64,000 bases of DNA from a virus. The notes beneath the pieces were generated by a model. That model saw only the letters and a list, made by a program, of their open reading frames with translations. It searched no databases and was not told the DNA's origin. Below are positions 57,520 through 64,000 of this stretch, in pieces (position 1 is the stretch's first letter; every line of letters begins with the position of its first letter). Position numbers and translations under genes: made by a program. The stretch lies in the IMG/VR virus record IMGVR_UViG_3300033145_002663, positions 1-64,000 of that record. One strand, given 5' to 3'.

Positions 57520-57667
57520 TGCTTTCCTCCTTTCTGTTACATCCAAATTTCTCCTGCAGGGAGTACAGACATTTGTTGCACTTTGAGCACCTTTCCCGCC
57601 TGCAATTTAACTGCTCATCAGTTTCAAGCTCTCCCTTGCACCTTTTACACTTATAAATATAAACCAA
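57497..57667 (-). CDS. Small zinc-ribbon protein
   Basis: TTG start after GGAGG; YIYKCKRC...CSKC; absent from the ORF track. Confidence 0.5.
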   Translation of the reverse strand: MVYIYKCKRCKGELETDEQLNCRRERCSKCNKCLYSLQEKFGCNRKEESNEANPSI

Positions 57668-57680
57668 TAGTTTCACCTCC

Positions 57681-58445
57681 TTAAATTGGTATTGGATTAA
57701 CCTTCATGGTCTCTAAATTTACAAAGACACCATGATATTCGATTCGGGTTTCTCGAATTAGTTTCCAGAGTATGTCCATGCCGAGCATAGCCAGCGTGGA
57801 ATTGATAAACAGATCCTGCCTGCCTAAAGCCTCGGCAAGGCTGCATGACGGCCCCTGATCTTCCTCGGTTGCCCGTTCAAACTCGTCATAGAACAATTCC
57901 AGCACGTGAGGGAGCTTTTGGGATTGACCATCGGGTTGCTTTATTTCGTCCCATGAGCCAAGCACGGCCTGACCGGTCTTCTGGGTGTTGCCAAAATCCA
58001 TCCAGTACATTCCTTCGTTATACTCCTGCCCCCCTCGAACATCCTCGTCCCAAAGTTCCGCCAATGCGATGCGTGCTTCAACAGTATCGACACAGGATAT
58101 AATTATATTGGTGGGATCAATAACTTCGACGGTATCCCTGCAGTACGGGATGGCATTAGCTTCCCATGCCAGTCCGAAGAACCGGTTTACCCTTGTAATC
58201 AGAGCGACGGCTTTGTTCTGCTCGATTTCGGCGGGTGAGAACAATTGTCGCCCGAAGTTGGACTCGCTCACGATGTCCGGATCGTATGCCTGAACATAGA
58301 ACCCAGGGTGCCCCAGGCCCTGCAGGGCGAAGTCCATGCGGGCCAGGCAGGTTAGCACCTGCGATCCGGTACCGCCGCACCCTACCAGCGCGACGGTGAT
58401 CGGGTGTGTGGGGTCTAATAAGTATTTGTCAGCGTAGTGAGTCAT
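57681..58445 (-). CDS. PRTRC-system ThiF/E1-like activating enzyme
   Basis: LVGCGGTGSQ, DPDIVSESNFGRQ, SCVD, PSCSLAEALGRQDLFINS. Confidence 0.92.
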   Translation of the reverse strand: MTHYADKYLLDPTHPITVALVGCGGTGSQVLTCLARMDFALQGLGHPGFYVQAYDPDIVSESNFGRQLFSPAEIEQNKAVALITRVNRFFGLAWEANAIPYCRDTVEVIDPTNIIISCVDTVEARIALAELWDEDVRGGQEYNEGMYWMDFGNTQKTGQAVLGSWDEIKQPDGQSQKLPHVLELFYDEFERATEEDQGPSCSLAEALGRQDLFINSTLAMLGMDILWKLIRETRIEYHGVFVNLETMKVNPIPI

Positions 58446-59128
58446 AATAAATCCCCCAGTACCTTTGCTTTTTTCTTGGAAACCATATGTTTTTTCATGG
58501 TTGTTTTAAGGGGGAACCGGCCTCCTTTAGTTATAAGTTTCGTCCAAATAGCATTCAGGTTCTTTCTTCCCTTGCAGGGATTGGCTACAAAATGAGAAAA
58601 TTTGGAGTTGAAGAAAGCCGATTCCCAGCCACGGATAATCTGATCAATGGTTTTTCCTTGTATTCTTTTAGCACTCCCCATACACATATTCCCGTCCTCG
58701 TACCTGTTGTGAAACGGGGCATAGTACAGCTCGGTTTCGAGGGTAGGGCGGTCTTTGCCGACGTAGGCAAACACGGACAGGGTGCTTCCCGTAACCATAA
58801 AGATCAAACCGGGGCACCATGCCAGGCCGTCAGGAATGTTCAAGGCGTCCGAAAAATATAGCTGGCGAATCATCGGCGGGTAATACCAGAGGGTTTTATG
58901 AACATCATGTGTTAATAAATTTACAGGGAACAACCCGGATTTATCCGGCTGATTTTTTTGCTGAAACAGGGTGATCAAACCTTTCAGGTTTTTCCATGTC
59001 AGAGGCTTCCCGCCCAGCAGGGTGCCGTCCCGTGTAATATCATGCAGTTCCGCATAGTAATCTGTATTGGTGTCCGCCTGATATATCATCAGGGATTTTC
59101 TTAGGTGAAAGTTAGAGTAATCCATCAA
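58442..59128 (-). CDS. PRTRC-system protein B (prokaryotic E2 family D)
   Basis: WYYPP..RQLYF, PGLIF, LYYAPFHN..DGNMCMGS, WESAFFNSKFSH. Confidence 0.88.
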   Translation of the reverse strand: MMDYSNFHLRKSLMIYQADTNTDYYAELHDITRDGTLLGGKPLTWKNLKGLITLFQQKNQPDKSGLFPVNLLTHDVHKTLWYYPPMIRQLYFSDALNIPDGLAWCPGLIFMVTGSTLSVFAYVGKDRPTLETELYYAPFHNRYEDGNMCMGSAKRIQGKTIDQIIRGWESAFFNSKFSHFVANPCKGRKNLNAIWTKLITKGGRFPLKTTMKKHMVSKKKAKVLGDLL

Positions 59129-60228
59129 GCCTCCATTAATTTTTGAGAAACACCTGTCCCCATTTCAAAAAATTTCATAAGGTTATAAGGCCATTGAGGA
59201 ACTTTCAGCCTGTTAATTTCCAGGCAATCCTTGCCGGTTAAGTAAAAGTTGTGCACAAACGGAATCATGCCGACACTATTGCAATATTCTTCAGAATCTC
59301 TTAAAACTTCCTCGCCCATATAATCATCCAATGACCATACGAATCGCATATAATTATATGGGTTCGCCCCATCAATGCCTCGTTCAAATTCATAGTCGAG
59401 AAAATCATTATAGTCCAAACCGCTTCTGATTAATTCATACCCCTTAAAGCACCAGCTAAAAATCTCTACTTCAAGATCGTTTTCAGGGTTGAATTGAGCG
59501 AGCATTTGCGCAAAATCATCTATGGAAAAATTCAGCCGATTAATACAATTTTCATAGAAACCGGGTTCACCTTTCATGTATTTATGAATCATGTCTGAAT
59601 AATACGAAATTAAACCTTCATCCGGATCGTCCTCATATTTTTCTTCCCCGATGCGCTCATCAAAATAATCAAGCATACGCTCATCCATATCCATGTGCGG
59701 CATATTGCAATGCTTGTTTAACAAGCTCATCATGGATAGAATTAAATTATAAATCTTACGATTTTGATTCTTTAGTTTTGGCAGGTATTCCAGGGAGAGC
59801 ATATAAATATCATACTCACAGACATTAGAGTATTTATGGTAAACTCGAATCAAATAGTTTGGTGACTCGATTATTTCCCATTGAAAATCATTCGGGATGA
59901 GTCCGTGCAGTTTTTCAAGGATCGTGCCCAGCACTTTCCAGGTTGGTGTGTTTTTATCTAAGTCCGGTATGGAAATTTCATAGTTTTTTAAGATGTTTCG
60001 TATTTCCCTTATGGCTTGAAGTTGTTTTCTTTCTGAATCAAACATTCCGTAGTGCAATTTCGCACACACCTCCAGCTCGTGCTTTACGGCAGGCACACCA
60101 TGCAGGGCGGGGCAGGTAATCGCTCGGGCCGCTCTATGCCGGTCCGGTATGCCCTGTCGGAGTCCACCAGCAGGCGCCCGACACCGTTGTGCAGCATTTT
60201 GAGCTGTTTCTCCTTTTTTTTCCTGCAT
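59125..60228 (-). CDS. PRTRC-associated protein (protein F position)
   Basis: Directly upstream of protein B; acidic helical C-terminal half. Confidence 0.5.
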   Translation of the reverse strand: MQEKKGETAQNAAQRCRAPAGGLRQGIPDRHRAARAITCPALHGVPAVKHELEVCAKLHYGMFDSERKQLQAIREIRNILKNYEISIPDLDKNTPTWKVLGTILEKLHGLIPNDFQWEIIESPNYLIRVYHKYSNVCEYDIYMLSLEYLPKLKNQNRKIYNLILSMMSLLNKHCNMPHMDMDERMLDYFDERIGEEKYEDDPDEGLISYYSDMIHKYMKGEPGFYENCINRLNFSIDDFAQMLAQFNPENDLEVEIFSWCFKGYELIRSGLDYNDFLDYEFERGIDGANPYNYMRFVWSLDDYMGEEVLRDSEEYCNSVGMIPFVHNFYLTGKDCLEINRLKVPQWPYNLMKFFEMGTGVSQKLMEA

Positions 60229-60256
60229 TTTTTCACCTTCAAATATTCTTCGAGTG

Positions 60257-60553
60257 TCATTGTCTGCTACTCCAATCGGCATACTCATCAACGTCATCGT
60301 TCTGTTTGGTTTTAAAGCAGTACTCCGATAAAAAATGGAGGCCTTCACCCACCGGGCGACCGCACCCGCAGGAGCAGAGCTTTATTTTCTTGGGATCCTT
60401 TTTTTCGTCCTTGTGCGCTCTGTAATAATCCCTGCATCTTTTACGGTGCATATCTTTGTTGCACTCCGGACAATATTTTCGACGGGCAGCAAAGTGGTTT
60501 GCCACCTTAAATATCTTGCCGCACTTGGGGTTTTGGCATATTACGGTGAGCAT
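60257..60553 (-). CDS. Zinc-finger protein
   Basis: CQNPKC...YCPEC...CSCGCG. Confidence 0.55.
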   Translation of the reverse strand: MLTVICQNPKCGKIFKVANHFAARRKYCPECNKDMHRKRCRDYYRAHKDEKKDPKKIKLCSCGCGRPVGEGLHFLSEYCFKTKQNDDVDEYADWSSRQ

Positions 60554-60732
60554 GATAACTCCTGGCACTCATATTTCTTGAGCATTTTTATGGCGTTCCG
60601 GTAATTTTTAAACCTTAAGAAGTGACGCAGTTTTTTTAGCTGAGCCTGGGGAAAGCCAAAATAGCAATACTGACGCGATTCCCAGGCCACCTCCAGCTCG
60701 CCGTATGAGTTGTAATTAATGATTTCTATCAT
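60541..60732 (-). CDS. Hypothetical protein
   Basis: SD GAGGTG; 63 aa. Confidence 0.45.
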   Translation of the reverse strand: MIEIINYNSYGELEVAWESRQYCYFGFPQAQLKKLRHFLRFKNYRNAIKMLKKYECQELSCSP

Positions 60733-60839
60733 CTTTCACCACCTCATGAATTTTCCATGCGATATCCATGAATTCAGCAAGGCGTTCACCCTGCTGATCC
60801 ATGGATAAAAATTTAAAGGGCGGTATGTCTTTGATTTGA

Positions 60840-61046
60840 TTATAGAGCTTTTGCTCCATCTCTTGCCGGGTCATTCTCCTTTATTACCTCCTTAATAATA
60901 TTAGCTAATGCTACTATAGCAGCACCCTGATTCCCAAAGTATTCAGCTACAGTTTTTCCATTGAAGGGTTGACCATCAAAGTGCTTTGCATCATTTGATG
61001 TATTAGTAATTATTAAATCTAAAACCCTAATCTTCCTCTCGTTCAT
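60840..61046 (-). CDS. Hypothetical protein
   Basis: Operon ORF. Confidence 0.5.
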   Translation of the reverse strand: MNERKIRVLDLIITNTSNDAKHFDGQPFNGKTVAEYFGNQGAAIVALANIIKEVIKENDPARDGAKAL

Positions 61047-61228
61047 TCAGTCACACCTCCTCCATACCAGGCATGGACCGTGCCGGTTTCTTCGTCCACC
61101 AGAAGATCCAATGCCACGAAATTAAAGTGGCGAAACATTGCCAGTGCTTCGCCACTTAAACCTAATTTTTCGCCCATATCTTCCATGTACTCCCGATCCA
61201 GTTCAGCTTGAACGGATACTTTTCTCAT
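61043..61228 (-). CDS. Hypothetical protein
   Basis: Operon ORF. Confidence 0.5.
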   Translation of the reverse strand: MRKVSVQAELDREYMEDMGEKLGLSGEALAMFRHFNFVALDLLVDEETGTVHAWYGGGVTE

Positions 61229-61230
61229 AC

Positions 61231-61449
61231 CTATCCTTTCATCCCCACGGATGTGGAAAACTTGTACTCGGCTACACCGTCCTTGATTTCCGGGCCGGTA
61301 ACCGTGGCAGTGGTTAGTTCGGGGTAGGTGTTGCTGTAAAACTGCAACACGTCGTGCGGGGACATCTCAGGGGCGGGATCGGTGAGCGGTTCGCCCTTAT
61401 GAAGAAACACCCGTTTTATATTCGTTACGTCTAATGCCATTTGAGCCAC
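61231..61449 (-). CDS. PRTRC-system protein C (ubiquitin-like modifier candidate)
   Basis: RVF...LTDPAPEMSPHDVLQFYSNTYPELTTATVTGP...FSTSVGMKG; ends in Gly. Confidence 0.9.
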   Translation of the reverse strand: MAQMALDVTNIKRVFLHKGEPLTDPAPEMSPHDVLQFYSNTYPELTTATVTGPEIKDGVAEYKFSTSVGMKG

Positions 61450-61455
61450 CCCCTT

Positions 61456-61833
61456 TTATGTAAACAAACCTGGTTGTTGACTGACAGCACCAGGTGTCTT
61501 AACCGGCGCGGCCTTCTTTTTCACGGTCTTGTCGGTCTTTTTCACCACGGCTCGCTTTTGTTTCTCGACCAGATCGTTATACTCGTCTATGGAACTCATT
61601 AAACCATGGGTCGATCGGCCGGCTCTTGTCAGTTCATTAATGAACCCCTCGTCCAGTTCTTTGGGAGTTCCGGATATAACCAGCGGTTTAACCTCAATCT
61701 TATCCGCTTTCTCATCCGTCTGTTTGGGCAGCACGCTCACGGCGATTTTCCCATGAACAGGCTTGCTGATAACCATTGTTATTGTTAACTTACCCGATTC
61801 TATGACCGGGTAAATTCGTTCAAAAAACTCCAT
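61456..61833 (-). CDS. PRTRC-system protein E
   Basis: MEFF...VSVLPK...PLVISGTPKELDEGF...GLF. Confidence 0.88.
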   Translation of the reverse strand: MEFFERIYPVIESGKLTITMVISKPVHGKIAVSVLPKQTDEKADKIEVKPLVISGTPKELDEGFINELTRAGRSTHGLMSSIDEYNDLVEKQKRAVVKKTDKTVKKKAAPVKTPGAVSQQPGLFT

Positions 61834-61881
61834 GCGTTTCCTCCTTTTGGGCTAATAAAATACCTCTTTTATACTCCAAAG

Positions 61882-61899
61882 TGAACATAAGTCAAGTAA
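61882..61899 (-). promoter_or_regulatory. Promoter/operator motif copy 4, driving the PRTRC/accessory operon
   Basis: TTACTTGACTTATGTTCA, with TATAAA 16 nt after TTGACT. Confidence 0.7.
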
Positions 61900-61941
61900 A
61901 AAATGACTTTCAAGGAATATAAAAGAGGGGTTCGCTGATAT

Positions 61942-63246
61942 CTAACTGTTTATTCCCATGATAGCGGCTTTTAAATTTCCGCCTTCGAAAAACACGGGTT
62001 TCATCGAATCATCGGACAGCTTCAGGGTAACTTTTTTACCCACGTGCTTCAGGGCGTCCGCGACATAGCCCGTATTCAACCGGACGGTCATTTCGGGATC
62101 AACCTTGCCTTTGAGAAACGGTACGTCAAACCTGCGGTATTCTCCCTTGTCGTCATTGGCAGCCTCGACGTTCATCACGCCGTTGAGTGTGAAATCCGCG
62201 ACCTCGGAGATCAGCCCGACCTGTTTTACGACGTCTTTGAACACGTCGTTGTCAATCTCGATGCTGTGAACGGTTTTCGTACCGTTCATAAATCCCATGT
62301 AATCCGGGAAATTAACGTCTTCATCCTTGGTCAACACGGTCAGCTTGCCGTAGGTAAATTGAGCCCGGCTTCCGTTCTTGTCGATCTTCATGGTAACATC
62401 TTTGTCCTTGGCAACTTTCGCCAAAGTTCCCAGAGCACCCGCCGGCAGCGTGATGTTTTGCTTCAGGTTGATCTGATGCTTCAGCATGTGCAAACGGTTA
62501 CCGTTGGTGGACACCAGATTTTTCTCCTTGGCATCGAACATAACAACCGTTTGATGCGGCGAAGCGTCATCTTTGTAATTGCAGGCATCCGTCAAGCTTC
62601 TCAGGTCATCACCCTTTATGGTGGCAACCTGAGTCCCGGTAAATTCTCGAGCATCAGGGAACTCTTTGATGTCGGTCAGCGGGATGCGCTGAAAATGCTC
62701 CCCGATTGCCAGGGCCGTTGCGTTGACACCCTCGGTCAAAAAGTCCGATTTTTGCTCGAACTCCTCAACATGAAGATCAATAACATCCCCGGAATTCTCG
62801 GAATTCACGATCTTAAGCAGGTGGTCCGGGTCTACCAGGAACCGTTCGTCAACCTCGGTCTCGGGCGGCGGCAGTTTCTCCTCGGTCTGGGCGGCGGCTT
62901 CGCTGGCATTAAATATCGATTCAACCATATCAGCTTTCTTGGCCTTCTCGCCGAGATCGATGCCGGCGTACTCGCACAGATCGACAAGCTGCCCGACCTT
63001 CAATGATTTCAGGTCTGTGGTAAGGTCTTCGTCCGGATGCACCACGGCGGGTTTTTCGCCAACGATTTTCTGCTTGTAATCAGTCAGCGAAATCGCTACC
63101 TCACCCCTGGTCTGCATATCCGTTGCGATGATCTTCTGGCTGGGGCCATCAATCAAAACTTTTCCCAGCTCCGGATAGGACTTACCATTTTTAAACCCTT
63201 TGACCATTTTCAGGCCCTCTACAAGGTCTTTCTTTGCTACTTTCAT
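61942..63246 (-). CDS. DNA polymerase III beta-clamp-like protein with an inserted helical domain
   Basis: IIATD, EFPD, LVSTNGNRLH, NFPDY, LNTGYVADALK, MKPVFF...AAIMGI match DnaN motifs; insertion LKSLKVGQLVDLCEYAGI...KKADMVESI. Confidence 0.8.
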   Translation of the reverse strand: MKVAKKDLVEGLKMVKGFKNGKSYPELGKVLIDGPSQKIIATDMQTRGEVAISLTDYKQKIVGEKPAVVHPDEDLTTDLKSLKVGQLVDLCEYAGIDLGEKAKKADMVESIFNASEAAAQTEEKLPPPETEVDERFLVDPDHLLKIVNSENSGDVIDLHVEEFEQKSDFLTEGVNATALAIGEHFQRIPLTDIKEFPDAREFTGTQVATIKGDDLRSLTDACNYKDDASPHQTVVMFDAKEKNLVSTNGNRLHMLKHQINLKQNITLPAGALGTLAKVAKDKDVTMKIDKNGSRAQFTYGKLTVLTKDEDVNFPDYMGFMNGTKTVHSIEIDNDVFKDVVKQVGLISEVADFTLNGVMNVEAANDDKGEYRRFDVPFLKGKVDPEMTVRLNTGYVADALKHVGKKVTLKLSDDSMKPVFFEGGNLKAAIMGINS

Positions 63247-63344
63247 ATGCACCTCCTTTGAAATAAATTTACCGAACCATACAGCCCGGCCGGATCTTAT
63301 GAATCCGTGAGAACCGTCGAATTTTTTCAACAGCTCTCATGGAG

Positions 63345-63698
63345 TCACACTCGGGTTAAATCTTTATACTTCGTTTTTAATCGAGCTATCGTTCCTCGAT
63401 CTGCCATACTGTAAAACGCCCTATCGCCGACGATCAGGTGTTCGTGTATTGTGACACCAACCGATTGCAGGGCGATCATCAGTTGAAAGGTGATAGAAAG
63501 ATCTTCAGGCGACGGATCGGAACTTCCTGAAGGATGGTTGTGGCAAAAAATTACCGCTGCGGCTTGTTCCTGGGCAGTCAAAGGTTTCATAATATTATAT
63601 AACTCCTCAGAGTTATTTACCTTTTGCCCTTTAATATTTTCCTTAACCATTGTTGCAAATTTACCGGATATCAAATCCTGATAGAACTTACAATTCAT
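63345..63698 (-). CDS. RadC-like JAB/MPN protein with an apparent internal deletion
   Basis: AAAVIFCHNHPSGSSDPSPEDLSIT...HEHLIVG..FYSMADRG. Confidence 0.8.
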   Translation of the reverse strand: MNCKFYQDLISGKFATMVKENIKGQKVNNSEELYNIMKPLTAQEQAAAVIFCHNHPSGSSDPSPEDLSITFQLMIALQSVGVTIHEHLIVGDRAFYSMADRGTIARLKTKYKDLTRV

Positions 63699-63754
63699 GC
63701 TACCACCTCCTTTTTCGCTTGACATTATCAATCAAAAATATTAGATTTTTCTCT

Positions 63755-63970
63755 ATGGAAAAAAAACATGGCGGGGCGAGGGCAGGGGCAGGACGACCCA
63801 GGGGTTCAAAATCTCCAAAGACGAAATTCAAGCCGAAACATCTTCAGAGAACAGAGGTATTTTTGGGCATTCTACGGGTAACAAAGGTGGAAATGAACCA
63901 GCTGAAAAGCCGGATCAGGAAGTCCGGCTTATCGGCCAGTGAGTGGGCGAGGCGAAGATTGTTGGGTTAG
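63755..63970 (+). CDS. Small basic DNA-binding protein (GGAR.GAGR plus RHH-like)
   Basis: HGGARAGAGRP...LRVT...SGLSASEWARR. Confidence 0.6.
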   Translation: MEKKHGGARAGAGRPRGSKSPKTKFKPKHLQRTEVFLGILRVTKVEMNQLKSRIRKSGLSASEWARRRLLG

Positions 63971-64000
63971 CATTATTTTCGAACCATTCCGAAAAATTTA

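Larger units (their letters stand above)
1..64000. mobile_element. Temperate siphovirus-like bacteriophage genome segment, probably excised or free form
   Basis: Tail tube, chaperone, tape measure and tail tip genes, holin-like genes, integrase with attP, repressor/Cro pair and replication module. No host housekeeping genes are seen. Confidence 0.95.

Noticed and set aside
62044-63006. 320-aa ORF on the + strand
   Set aside because: Antisense shadow of the beta-clamp gene; no recognisable motifs
1-64000. CRISPR array, rRNA, tail sheath, terminase or capsid genes
   Set aside because: No regularly spaced repeats, rRNA-like sequence or recognisable motifs for these proteins were seen by eye

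Overview
The window is about 64 kb of a temperate, long-tailed (siphovirus-like) phage, probably in its excised or free form: an intact-looking attP lies at ~27.6 kb, with a core matching the 3' end of a tRNA-Sec and tandem arm-type repeats on both sides. There are four transcriptional blocks. (1) 1-27057 (+): a ~11 kb sugar-modification cluster (about six glycosyltransferase-like genes, three radical SAM enzymes including one B12-dependent, an SGNH protein, a pyruvyltransferase-like protein, two methyltransferases, and an inserted NUMOD3 homing endonuclease). It runs without a break into neck and tail genes, a -1 frameshifted tail chaperone, a 1446-aa tape measure, a GTA-like tail tip and two holin-like genes. 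The tail-tip hub protein appears split into pieces, with the middle piece encoded twice (with and without an RCC1 propeller). (2) 27048-35571 (-): attP, an atypical tyrosine integrase, accessory genes and an XRE repressor. (3) 35621-44217 (+): Cro-like gene and replication module (SNF2 helicase, primase, UvrD-like helicase, frameshifted DEDD exonuclease, VRR-NUC). (4) 44204-63731 (-): a long early/accessory operon with a second tyrosine recombinase, a minimal ligase domain, RNase H, a DNA methyltransferase, a MoxR-AAA/vWA-peptidase set, a PRTRC ubiquitin-like module (E1/E2/Ubl), a beta-clamp with an inserted helical domain, and a RadC-like JAB protein. Head and packaging genes and an endolysin are not in the window. 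All functional calls come from motif recognition by eye; no database search was run.
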